Shown here: piece after piece, positions 33,420 through 47,320 of the stretch | Position numbering within the stretch: position 1 is the stretch's first letter | Layout: each line of letters starts with the position of its first letter | Origin: the human T2T-CHM13v2.0 reference genome, Homo sapiens | Reading direction: 5' to 3' (one strand) | DNA: 64,000 bases | NCBI RefSeq assembly: GCF_009914755.1 | Contig: NC_060926.1 | Notes under the pieces: model-generated | Seen by the model: the letters and a program-made list of their open reading frames with translations, nothing else | What the model was told of the DNA's origin: nothing | Database searches by the model: none | Program-made: the position numbers and the translations under genes

Positions 33420-34765
33420 ATGATGTAAGCACAGCAGTAAGGACTCCCACCTACAGGTGGAGGAAAGGCTCTGGGAGCTCAGGCATGAGCTGAGAAAACA
33501 AACAAGGAGAATGGGAAGGAAGGGGAAACTCGAGACGGCCCACATTTCAAAGATCAGTGTAGCTTGAGTCTGCATACACAGGTAAAATACGCGAGCTCCA
33601 GGTGGAGGTGCAGGGATGCTGAGGGCAGCAGGGAGACATGGGAGCTCCAGCAGTGTAGCTTCCAGGGTGCTGCTGGCCACACATGCCCTGTCCTAGGACT
33701 CACGCAGCACCTCCTATAGGCCCTGGCATTGATTGCAGTGTGAAGGGACCCCTGAAACCTCACTGGTCAGAGGTAACCAAGGGCAAGGTTGGTCTCAATG
33801 TGTGAAGTCTCTGGATAATAAATTCATTTAAGAATGCTGTGCTTTGCCCTTTGGAGAACATAATTTACATAAAAAAGAGGCTTGCAGAGTCACCCAAGAG
33901 GGAAGAAGTAATGAATGGATAAAAAGTAGATTTAACTTGTTAAAAAGGCATGATGGGTTCTGAGATATACATTTACTGCAATCATGTAAAGAGATATGTC
34001 TAAAGTTTCTCTTAAAAAGGTCACAGTCATGAAAGGTTAAATGTTCCCATTTCTGTCTTTCTGCATGTGGTTTAGTATGTAATTGCACTCTTTTTAAGAA
34101 AGGAATCTGCAGCACCATATTATCATTCATTCATGCCACAAACAGTTATTGTGAAACACCACACTCGATCCTGGGATGCAGGAGGGAACCAATGACTCTG
34201 AATTCCACCTTCACAGATGTGTCACGCCAGTGTGGACCTGACACAAAACAAAGACACAAAACAAGCGGTTCAATTCAAATCTTGAACACTATTACTAGGG
34301 GAAGAAAGACAGGTTTGAAACTGGCTGAAGTCGGGGAGGACTTCCATGAGGAAGTGACACTGAGATGGAACCTGGAGGGAGGGGTCTGGCCCCAGGGTCT
34401 TGCTGTGCAGAGAGGGGGTGGCGCGCCCTCCTCACACGCAGAGAGATTATGATGGAACCCTATTAGTCAGGGCTCTTGATTGCATGCAAGAGAAACAGGC
34501 TGGCTGTTTCAGACAGGAAAGGGATTTATTTCAAAGATAGGACAGGCTTGAAAAATCACCAGGAGTGCTGGAGAACAAGGTTTGGTAGATGAGCAGGGAC
34601 GAGGGAGGCGGCAGGACACACCAGGGCCCAGCAGCACCACACAAAGACCCTGTCCTGGGAGCTGGGCCCTCTGCTTGCCCTGTGGTCACTGGCTCCCAAC
34701 TCCAAGTCAGTGCTCTGTTTCTGATAGGCCATGGTGGCTGTGTAGACCCAGAGCAAGCAGGTCCC

Positions 34766-35209
34766 TGTAAGGGAGGAGACCACCCCTCATATTGTCTTAC
34801 GCCCAATTTGTGTCTCCAAAGAAAAAAGAAGTAAAAACTAAAAGGCATAAATGAAATCCCCAAGCAGACAGCCCGGCACCACACCCTGGGCCTGGTAAAG
34901 ATCAACAGCTGACCTAATCGGTTATTTGCATAAAAAAGCACTGTGAAGATCCCTGAACTGTCCTGTTCTGTTCCGTTCTAATTACCAGTATATGCATCCC
35001 CCAGTCACGTACCCCCTGCTTGCTCAATTGATCAAGACCCTCTCACGTGGACCCCCGTAGAGTTGCGAGCCCTTAAAAGGGACAGGAATTGCTCACTGGG
35101 AGAGCTCGGCTCTTGAGACAGGAGTCTTGCCGATGCTCCCGGCCGAATAAACCCCTTCTTTCTTTAACTTGGTGTCTGAGAGGTTTTGTCTGCGGCTCTT
35201 CTTGCTACA
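34766..35209 (+). mobile_element. LTR15-type (ERV1) solo LTR inside an older MLT-like remnant
   Basis: TGTAAGGGAGGAGACCACCCCTCATATTGTC start, AATAAA near 35146 and GCTACA end. The TSD is not clean. Confidence 0.8.
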
Positions 35210-35739
35210 TCTGGATCTTTAATCCTGCACTAGAGACATATTCAGCCTCTCAACCCGCTGCAAAAGTAGGCGTTCGGATGCTGCAGGGCAGCCTCCATCC
35301 CCAAATGACACATTTCCACTCCACGTGAATGTGTAAATTTGTGGCTGGGCGGAGGCAGGAGCCAGGTGTGTATGGCTTCGGGACACAGGCTCTTTCTGGT
35401 GCCCTACAGAGCAAAGTGGCCGAATGAGCTTGTGCACAGTGAGAAAACCCATCTAATCTTGCATTGTAAAGTATACTCATTACATGTATTGAATGCAGAA
35501 TTAGTTCACCTAATGCATTAAAAAGCCTTTTAAAACGTCGTAGTTATCATTGATTATGTGGTGAGGAAATGGCCCTGCTGCAGTGAGATCCAACATTTCT
35601 GGAGGGCAGCTTGAGAGTCTGTATCCAAAGCTTTGAAAATTAAGCCCTTGACTCAGCAGCTCTCTGCCTGGGGATATAGCCTAAGGAAAGGATTAGGGAT
35701 GAAGACACAGATTTACATTAAAAATACAGGACCCAGCAA

Positions 35740-36052
<313 letters not shown>

Positions 36053-36075
36053 TTAGAATTCTTGCATTTGGGAAA

Positions 36076-36369
36076 GGCTCAGTGGCTCACGCCTGTAATC
36101 CCAGCACTTTGGGAGGCCGAGGTGGGCAGATCACTTGAGGTCAGGAGTTTGAGACCAGCCTGGGCAACATGGTGAAACACCGTCTCTACTACAAATACAA
36201 AAATTAGCCGAGCGTGGTGGTGTGTGCCTGTGATCCCAGCTACTCAGGAGGCTGAGGCAGGAGCATCACGTGAACCCAGGAGGCAGAGGTTGCAGTGAGC
36301 TAAGATCGTGCCACTGCACTCCAGCCTGGGTGACAGAGCGAAACTCCATCTCAATGAAAAAAAAGAAAA
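36076..36369 (+). mobile_element. Alu (AluS/J-like)
   Basis: Near-full body; TSD AATTC(T/A)TGCATTTGG. Confidence 0.92.
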
Positions 36370-36959
36370 ATTCATGCATTTGGTGAAAAGCCTGACCCAA
36401 TTCGTTTAGGCAAAAAGACTCACCTCCCTGTGCCTCCTGGGGTAGGTGGGGCTCCAACAAAGTTACCAGGCTCTGTTGTTAGGTTTACACTTCTCAGGGC
36501 CCCTTTCTATGTGTTGATTCTGATGTTAGGCAAGATTTCTTATGGATGAGAGCAGTCCTAGGGTTCACGAAGAGTGAGAACCTCTGCCCCAGCATCCTAA
36601 GAAATGGGCCCAGGGCCCCCTCTGATGGGACAGGCTGAGTCACTTCACCACCTGGACCAAGCCCCAGTCCAGAGGCTGCTGTATGTTGGCTCAGGCCAGG
36701 CCTGGGGGACCCCCACCAGGGAGGGGTACAACTCCTAATAAAATTGGGCTGTTGAAGAAAGGAACAGTGAATTATATGGATCAAATTAAACTGTCAAAAG
36801 ACAGGGAGAAAACACACTTCAGTGTTTGCAGCAGAAAACTCTTGACGTGAGGTTGATTGACCTTTATTTTCCACTTTATATTTTTTATGTAATCAGAAAA
36901 ATTTCCTTTAATAATCTTGCACAATCAGGGAAGGTGGTGGCATGGCAGACATGGTGGTT

Positions 36960-37335
36960 GCCCCTGTATCTTGCCTGTCTCCATTGGGCTGAAGGGTAGA
37001 GACTGGTTCAGGCCACCTGTGTCCCTCTCCCCTAGGCCTGAGCCAGTTCCCACATGGCACTCCCTTGTCCACAGGGGGTGACCAGGCAGCATCAAGATCA
37101 GGAGTTGAGTTTTGTGGCTAAGGGAGGGGCTTCCCTATGGCCCTGTGTGCTGGTGGCCCTCTTGCAACTGGGAAGGAAGCTAGTCTGAGGAAACAGCCAG
37201 CACTGGGAGGGCTGTAGTGGGGAAGACAGAAATCTGATTTAATGATGCTGAACCCATGCTTCCCCATAGACCTTTCCAGTGTGAGAGACAAGAGATATTT
37301 TATTACTTGAGCCAGCTTGAATTGCACTTCCTATT
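36960..37335. mobile_element. Old MLT1-like MaLR LTR remnant
   Basis: GACCTTTCCAGTGTGAGAGACAA..TTTTATTACTTGAGCCAGCTTGAATTG resembles MLT1J/K ends. Confidence 0.4.
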
Positions 37336-38608
37336 AATCGAAACTGATGTAAATGTGCATTAATTTTGGGCCTACAGTCACCTCTAATGAATCTGAGAAC
37401 AAGATTGGCCTGAGATGTGAAGAGAGAGAAAGGCGTCTTCTGCTGGCCTGTTGACTTGACTGAGGATGTGAAGCAGGAGGAAGGGCTGACCTCTCCAGGA
37501 GGGCCTTCCTCTCTCAGCCAGGGGTCCTTGGGAAGAGGCAGCCCCACCCAAGACAGAAGGGAATCATGACTGCCGTCAAACATGAACTGGCTAGTTCTGG
37601 GGCCTGCAGCAAGGATCTTACCCTCTATTTGCCTGAGTGTCCTAACTTCTAAAGTGAAGAGATTGAAAAAAAAATTTGAGCTGGATATAATGTGAAATAT
37701 AACAAAGTTTTGTTTGGTGAAAACCAAAGCAAAATAGCCCCAGCAGGGTTTGAAAGCCAACCTCGATGGACCTGACTCTGTGCCGTGGACAGGCCCAGCT
37801 GGGCTTTCTCTGACTTCATCTCCAAAGGCCAAACCTCCCTCGCAGCAGGGTCACTTTTGGTCCTGAAAGACTGAGTTAAGAAGAACGTTAAAGGCGTGTC
37901 TAGCAAAGTACTCTCTAAGAAGAGAGCTACCCCAGAAGTAGCAGCCGCAGAGAAGAGTGACCGTGCACGTGTGGGCAGTGCTGAGATGGGCCAGCCCCTG
38001 ATGGCCCAAGGTTCTGCTGATGTTCCCACCACCTGCAGCCCCCAAACATAGTTTTATACTTGCTTACTCGCTTTGCTGTCCCTGGATCAGACTGGACCCA
38101 TGGAGGGCGTGTGCACCACTATAACCCCAGACCTTGCAGGGTGCCTGGGACAGAAAGTCAGCTAAATGACAGGCAGAACTGAGTTAAGTTGTGCCATCCC
38201 CATCCTGGGGCTCCTTCCCCTGCCCATGATGGGGGACAGGCAGGTGGGTACCCATAGGCTTATCACCGCAGCCTGGGTGCTATGACACCCTCATTGATGG
38301 AGCCCCTCTGAGCCACACCCTCTCTGCTCCCGGAGAGTGCTGCTGGGTGGATTGGGTTTACATTTCAACCTGACCATAAAACCGCACATTAGGAAAGGTA
38401 TCCAATCAATTAGTTCTAATTAATCATGAACAAAATGTGTCTCTAGCTGTAGGATGTGGTTTCTTTCCCATTGGCTATAATTAGAAAAGTTTGGTGACTG
38501 TACAAAAATAAAATGTCTATGGGAAACGGAGAGGGGAAGAAGGAAGAAAAACAAGTGGTTAGAAGCAGTGTTGAATGGTAACTAGAAAGCTGTAACCACT
38601 TCCCATAG

Positions 38609-38911
<303 letters not shown>

Positions 38912-39899
38912 TAGCCAGCAACAATCCTCCCCTTCCAGGAGACTGGGGTGGGACTGAGTGGTTATAACATGACCTTGTGCCCGGAGAGCTCTGGCCACAG
39001 GGCTGCTGCCACTGCCATGGGAGCGCAGAGCTAAGCTGCTGGGTTAGAGCCCTGCCCAGGACAGGGAGGCTGATCCCAGCCAGGGGAGGCTTGGGGGGGT
39101 CTCTGAGGGTGTCATTCATCAAGAGAATTGGTCAGTCCCTCCATGGCCTCCTTGACGGTATGTTGTAGAAAAGTAACATCTTCACTGCCAGGCTTTGTCA
39201 TTGATAAATTAAGTCTGACCCACCCCCGTCTAGTGTCTGTGAGGTTTAGGGCACTGTGTTGGGATAAGCATCCAGTGTTGGGCACCAGAGACCACTGGGG
39301 AAGATGCCAGTCAGGGCTAGCAGATGTGAAGTGTGTGAGTGGTATGAAGTGGGCCAGGGCAGGGAAAAGTGAGTTAGAGCTGATCTCCCCTACTTTCCAG
39401 CCGTGTGAGCTCAACCCTCCACACTCATGCTGCTCATCTGTACAGGGAAGCTGTGGGTCCTGATGTCACAGGGATGGTGGATGCTGTCAGGGCATGGCTC
39501 TCCAGGGGCTCCATGAGTGGGAGCTGATAGCATGATTGTGATTCTATAGCAAGGGTGCCAAGGGATCTCCCTTTATACCCTCAGCAGGGAATTGGATCTC
39601 AGCCTGGAAAGTTTCTTGATGCTTCTTCTTCATGAAAAGAGTGTCGGGAGCCATGCTGCCTGGGCCACCATGTTGCTGGGTGCAGCAGGTGGCTGCCGTG
39701 CTCCGTGGGGTGGGACGGTGTAGCCTGCTCAGCAAGGGAGCCAGTGAAAGCTCCATGACTGAAGGGACCCTCTAGCAGGTGCACAGCTGACTGGGGGCAC
39801 TGCACAAGGACCTCAAGGGCCAGCTCAGCCTTAGCAACAAAAACAGCAAAACCCTGACTGGCAGAACAATGTTGAGCCAACCATGGATACCTGGAAGAA

Positions 39900-41290
<1,391 letters not shown>

Positions 41291-41546
41291 AGTCCTTTTG
41301 TTTTGAAATGAACCTCTTGGGGTCTTGCAGAAGGGCTTGGTGGGCCCATGTTGGAGGCTGCAGTGGGAAGTCAGGGGACTGGAACTCTGAGCCTGCAGAC
41401 CAGCTCTGCTCACCTCAATACGCCAGGCTGTGAGCTGGCTTTGAACACCTAACCCTCAGGCTTTAATTTCTTATGCATTTATCACATGACTGGAGATATC
41501 CAGGCCCTCTCATCCTCAAAATTAATGTGTAAATCGGCTCTGGAAT

Positions 41547-41915
41547 TGCAAAAGAGACCCAGTGTATGGCAGATGCACCTGACAGCAATAATTGAAACAT
41601 ACTCAGAGAATGATTCTATGGTCTAAGAAGAATGTGTATTCAGAGTTCCTAGCCAGGGAATCCAGAGTGGCCAACCCAGGGATTCACTCCTTTCCCATGA
41701 AGGATATCTGAACCTCTGTCCCTTTCCTTGAAACACAGGACATGCAAGAAATAGAGGCTCTTTGTAAATGGTGGTTGCTAGGCGGAGGGTGCTAAGTGGA
41801 AATGCTGTATAAACTGCGTGCTTCTTACAACTGCTAGTGGTTCTCCTGCCCAGCCCACCACCACTGGATTGCTCCCGTATGTAAGTCCTCAATAAAACTT
41901 ATGTCTACTTCACTG
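41547..41915 (+). mobile_element. LTR47-type (ERVL) solo LTR, 3'-truncated
   Basis: GTATGGCAGATGCACCTGACAGCAATAA, GTATAAACTGC TATA box and CAATAAAA. Confidence 0.75.
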
Positions 41916-42199
41916 GGAGAGAAGTGAGGAGGTCAGAGGGGTCAGCCCAGCCCTGGGCACCTGGGCCCGTTAGCCTCGCCAGTGACTTAGAGGCTTTCTT
42001 CTAAAGTGAAACCGAGGCTTCTGAAGAGGGGGAGTGGAGGAGTGGTGTGCTCAGATGTGTGTTTTGGAAGGGGCACGGCAGTGTGGGGAGTGCAAGGTAC
42101 GAGCCTGGGAGGCCAGCTAGGCTCCAGATGTGGTCCAGGCTGGTGACGAGATGAAGACTACTTATCTGCACCCGGAGCTGGGGGGCAGAGAGGGGAGAG

Positions 42200-42590
42200 A
42201 GGGGCGGATGCGTGGAGAACTCCCCTCCTACTTCCGGTGGCTCACCGCTGCCAGTGAGCGTCTGCCTGGCCTTCCACCCCCTCAGTGCGGCCACTCTCCG
42301 TGCCTTCATGGGCTTTGGGTAGAGTCACAGCACTAACCACCACTTGACACTGTATCCCATCAGTCATCTCACATTGCAGCACATTTTCAGCAGCTCTGAT
42401 TTGCTCAAGGGACCCCACGTGCCAGGTTATGACCAAGGAAGAGCCCTGGACATCACAGAGTGAATGGAACCCCACCGCACCCACTCCACCCCGTTCCCCA
42501 CCTACCCCACCCCGTCCCCACCTGTCCCTGTGCCGGTCGGGCAGCGCATGCGCCTATGGCCTCGGGCAGCGCATGCGCCTATGGCCTCTC
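42200..42590. promoter_or_regulatory. Candidate promoter: GC box, ETS site and duplicated NRF1 palindrome
   Basis: GGGGCGG at 42201-07, ACTTCCGG at 42230-37, GCGCATGCGC at 42544-53 and 42569-78. Motif evidence only. Confidence 0.5.
42537..42586 (+). repeat. Perfect 25-bp tandem duplication TCGGGCAGCGCATGCGCCTATGGCC x2
   Basis: Read directly from the sequence. Confidence 0.97.
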
Positions 42591-43419
42591 CCTTGCTCTG
42601 GCTCCTCCTCGCCCCACCCCCTTCTTGCTCCTTCATGGCTGGGGCACGGGAGAGGGATCAGAAGGAGACAGGGGCTTCTTGCTGTGCTGGCTCTCTGGGC
42701 AATTCTCTCTTGTCAAAGCTCTTGGTCACTAAAGCGTCCTAGCTCCTCTATGGCACTCAGGGATGGAAACTCCTGGGAGGGTCTCATGCACCACCCCGGG
42801 CCCTAGAACAGAAGCCCCACCTCAGGGTCTTCTCACCTGGGGACGCAGCCCTCTTGAGAAGCAGGGAATTAACATGATGGAGCCCAGACCATTCAGGGCT
42901 CCACAAACCTTATCACGAACCACCCTGCCAGGAAAACACCCGTATTCTTGCCCCACCAGACTCCAGCAGTGCCAGCTCCTCCCTCGTTCCCCCACGTGGT
43001 TCCTGTCTTGCCCTCCTCCACATCCAGGGGACGGTTGTCCTACCCTCTCAAGGACTGTTAGGGGCTCTTCTCCTAAGACGGCATGGGGTCCAGAAGTCTC
43101 AAAACAGCCGTCACCCAGCTGGGATGCAGCGGCCCTGATAGCAGACAATCCAAACTCTTCACAGCGATTCTCTGGGGACCTCTTATTTGGCCAGGCTTGA
43201 GGTACTGAGAAGCCCACAAAACTCTGTAATCGCTAAAGAAATTATTGCTTGTAAGGAGCCTCTGGGCTTGTCTCACGTGGGTTGAAGGTGGGATGTGACC
43301 GTCTAAAGCTGTGCAATGTAGAAATACTCGGCAGCCATTGGCCTCAGTATGAAGTTCTTGCCAAAATTCTGAGAAACAGGGATGCAGACCATTGCAAATA
43401 AATTTAATTTTTAAATTTC

Positions 43420-43540
43420 CCACTAGAATTATTAGTCTAGTAAGGGCAGGGGATTGACTCATTCACCTCTATGTTTCTTGTGACTAGAACAGTGTCCAGC
43501 ACACCGAAGGTAGTCGTATTTTTAAATGACTAAATGCATA
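43420..43540 (+). mobile_element. L2 3' end fragment
   Basis: AAGGGCAGGG..TTCACCTCTATG..CTAGAACAGTGTCCAGCACA. Confidence 0.6.
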
Positions 43541-44406
43541 TGTCTCAACTTGGTAACTCTGAAAAGAGGGCTAGCAGAAGAGATTGGCAGCCACTCACAC
43601 GGACTTCTGGCTCCTGCTGCTCACCACATTGTTTTGTAAACGTCCATTTAGAAAGTGGCTTAGCTCTGGGGCATAGATGAGCAGCAGGCTGATGTCTGGC
43701 ATGTAGTTAAAGGGCTGATTTAGGTCTGGGCGTGAGTGAGCAGAAGACTCAGGCTTTGAGTGACAGTGAAGGGGAGATGTGGATCTAGGATAAGTTTGGG
43801 ATTCAGACTCAGGTCTGGGTGTGGGTGAGCGGCACACTCAATTCTTGTGTGTCAGGAAAGAGCAGACTCAGACTTGCTTAGCTATTGCACGTAGCTAAGC
43901 AGTGCACTGTCGTATGAGCTGAGAGGAGCCTCACTCAGGTCTGCAATTCCAGTGGGAAGCTGTGGATCTCCCTCCAATCTGGGGCTCAGCAGAGGCTTCT
44001 TTTAACCTAGTGGGCAGTGTTTTCATTGCTTTTGTTTGTGTTATGCAGGTACAACCTTATTGGGCTAATGGATCTGCACTGGTCCTTACGTTCCACGATT
44101 AATTAACCAGAAGCAGAGCCTCGTGATGCCCCCACAAATCCGGTTGCTCATTGTGGTCTTTGTGCCTTCCCTGCTTCCGACAGAGCAGTGCCAGGGCTTG
44201 GCTTTTGCCATTTGCCTCTTGGTACCTCCATTTAAATCGGGGACCTCATTCTCCCTATAGCTCCCCACACCTGCACCCTGTCCTCCAGAGAACAGCCACT
44301 AATGTGCTTCTAACAGATTCCAATACTCCTCCCATTTGCCTTGGGTGTTAGGAATGTCTTCTGGCCTCTTTAAAAAGATGGAGTTAGGATATAATTGAGA
44401 GGTCAA

Positions 44407-45152
44407 TGTCAAGACTGGTGAGGTCTGAGTCTGAGATTTCACTCGACTCAAATATGCTGACAAGTTAGTGTCATGAATGCTGTCAGAAAAAAACAGCCTC
44501 CTGGACTGGAGATGAAAGATTATATTTCTCATAGTAAAAGTAGCAGCCGGAGCATCTGCATGGTTTTTTGGTTTCCTTGTCCCCAGGTCCCACGGAGGCG
44601 GTGCAATGGGCCCACATGTATGTCATGCAGGCAGTGGGTTTGTGCTGCAGCCGAGGAATCCAGGCCAAGGGCCATCACTTTTGTTTTGGCTTTTTTTGAG
44701 ATGGAGTCTTGCTCTGTCGCCCAGGCTGGAGTGCAGTGGCATGATCTCAGCTCACTGCAACCTCTGCCTCCCAGGTTCAAGCAATTCTCTTGTCTCAGAA
44801 TTTTTGTATTTTTAGTAGAGATGGGGTTTCACCATATTGGTCAGGCTGGTCTTGAACTCCTGACCTCAGGTGATCCACTTACCTTGGCTTCCCAAGGTGC
44901 TGGGATTATAGGCGTGAGCCACTGCACCTGGCCTGGGCTGTCACTTTTTGATTAAGTAGCAAACTTCACAGCAGGCAGTGGTCACATGGTAGCCAGTGGT
45001 CATGGTGTGCTCGCCCTGACCTACTTAGATGCCACGGAGACTGCTCAGCCTCTGGAGACTGATCGGCCTCTAGAGACTGATCGTCCACACAGTCCAGCAC
45101 ACCAGCAAGACTGTGCGGGGATGTCAGGCCCATGGCAGACTGGCATTCCCAA
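44407..45152 (-). mobile_element. Old ERVL LTR (MER76/MER77-like), split by an Alu
   Basis: TGAGGTCTGAG..GATTT..ACAAGTTAG..CATGAATGCTG start and CCCATGGCAGACTG..TCCCAA end resemble recalled MER77-group sequence. Confidence 0.5.
44683..44933 (-). mobile_element. Alu with an internal deletion of about 45 nt
   Basis: TTGTCTCAG joins directly to AATTTTTGTA; approximate TSD GGGC(CA/TG)TCACTTTT. Confidence 0.92.
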
Positions 45153-46118
45153 GGGGCTCAAATTATCAACCCGCTCCAACATTCCTGGCTCCAAAAATCT
45201 CCTAAGGACACTGCTGGCTTCTCAGCCTCATTTCACATCCATCACTGCGCTGAATTCCAGTGGCCGTCCTCTCTGACAGGTATAGGTGCTCCCTGGTGCC
45301 GACTGGCGCTGGTGCAGTCTGCTGGTGCAGGCCCCTGGGAAGAGTCTGCCCAGCTGATGTGGGTCTTTCCTTTGGTGATCCTGCATCCCCTCCATGCCAG
45401 TCCATATTCCTTCCGTTTCCATGGCTGTAAGTTAGTGGCCTGTGATGTTTTTGCTGGTTGGCTTCCCAGTTTTGCCTTTTTAAGGAAATCTAGGAGATTC
45501 TGGACTCTTTTCCAGGAGTGGTTAGGTTGGGGCATGAGAAGAATGACGTTCTCTGTCAGAGTAACTCCCTGGCAAGGTTGTTAAAGAGCAGCCCGGAAAG
45601 ACAGGAGCAGGTGGGAAAAGCCTCAGCAGGTCCAAAAATTCCTAGTGAGTGAAGGGGCTGCAGATGCTCACTGGAGCCTATTTCCCAGCAGACCCAGCAT
45701 GGCCCTAGAAAAGCAGGCTGCAGGCCATCTACCCTCACCCCTCAGGTCCCCTCAGAGTCGGAGGAAGGTGCCAGGCCTGGCCTTTGGCTCCCGAGGCTCA
45801 CCACGATGCGGCCAGACAGCTCTGGCTTCTTTCTCCACCTCACTTGCTCTACTGTGGCCACCTGAAACTTCCTTGTGTTTCTGACCTGGCAGGCTGACCC
45901 CTGGAGTGCCTCTCCCTGCCAGTGTCCCCTTCTGAAAGAGGCGTCTTGCCGCCTGGCTCACACACCTGCCTGCCAGGAGTTTTCCAGCACCTAACTCTGT
46001 TTTTCTTCATGGCACCGAGTCCATGTGAAATGTCCTTGTGGGTTTCTTGTTCATTGCCGCTTCCCCCTAGAATGTCAGGCTGTGTGAGCAGAGGCCTGTG
46101 CCCTGGAAACCCCGTTAG

Positions 46119-46559
<441 letters not shown>

Positions 46560-47124
46560 TGATGCTGCCCCGCAGCGTTGCCGTCTGGTCTCTGGCCCCT
46601 GCCTGTGGCCATGGCAAACACTTTAGCCCTGACACTCTGCGGTGCTGTGACATGCAGCACCCAGTGGCTGTCGGGCAGCATGTGGGTCTCACAGGGTTTG
46701 CCTCATTCATGCGTTCAGAAGTGACTGTACCACAGGTGGCATGCTGGAGTGAAGGAGGCAGACTGCCCCTGCCATCCCAGAGCTTCAGTTGTGGAGAGTG
46801 GAAAATACTACAGGGTTAACTCGACAAATCGTTCTTTATGTCCCCTTTTTTTCTTCCACTTGGACCTCTCCCCAGGCATCTAGAAAGTTCCTAGCACGTT
46901 CCCTCTGTGGGGCTGCCTGCTCTTGGTAGAACTCCATGCCACAGGCTTTTGGCTTTCACACCTGCTGACCTCCAAAGCGGCCCAAACCCAGCGCCCCATG
47001 CACAGAGCAAGGGGCCTGAAAGCCGACCTGACTCCTGGATGTGTTCTCAGATGCTACGGGCTGGTCAGGGCTTGATTATTTACTCCTCCCAAATAACATC
47101 TGTGTCCTAAGCATGTGGAAAGGA

Positions 47125-47320
47125 CATTGAAATAGAAGTTGGCAAATCAAAATTCAACTCCTAAATCTACTCTCTACCAACTGTGTATCTGTAAGTCTCT
47201 CTGAGCCTCACATTTCTTGCCTGAAAAATAGAGCCACTGACATCTCTCCCAAATCCCTTTCCTAGGAACTCTAAGTAGAGAATAAGAGTGTGCTTATAAA
47301 GTCACTTTTTCGAACCGCAA
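47125..47320 (+). mobile_element. MIR fragment
   Basis: TCTCTCTGAGCCTCACATTTCTTGCCTGAAAAATAG matches the MIR core. Confidence 0.6.

Noticed and set aside
37239-37832. 197-aa minus-strand ORF
   Set aside because: Non-ATG start, no recognisable homology, and its end overlaps an MLT-like remnant.
45242-45535. 97-aa ATG-initiated minus-strand ORF
   Set aside because: No recognisable homology or supporting exon structure; the length is within chance expectation.
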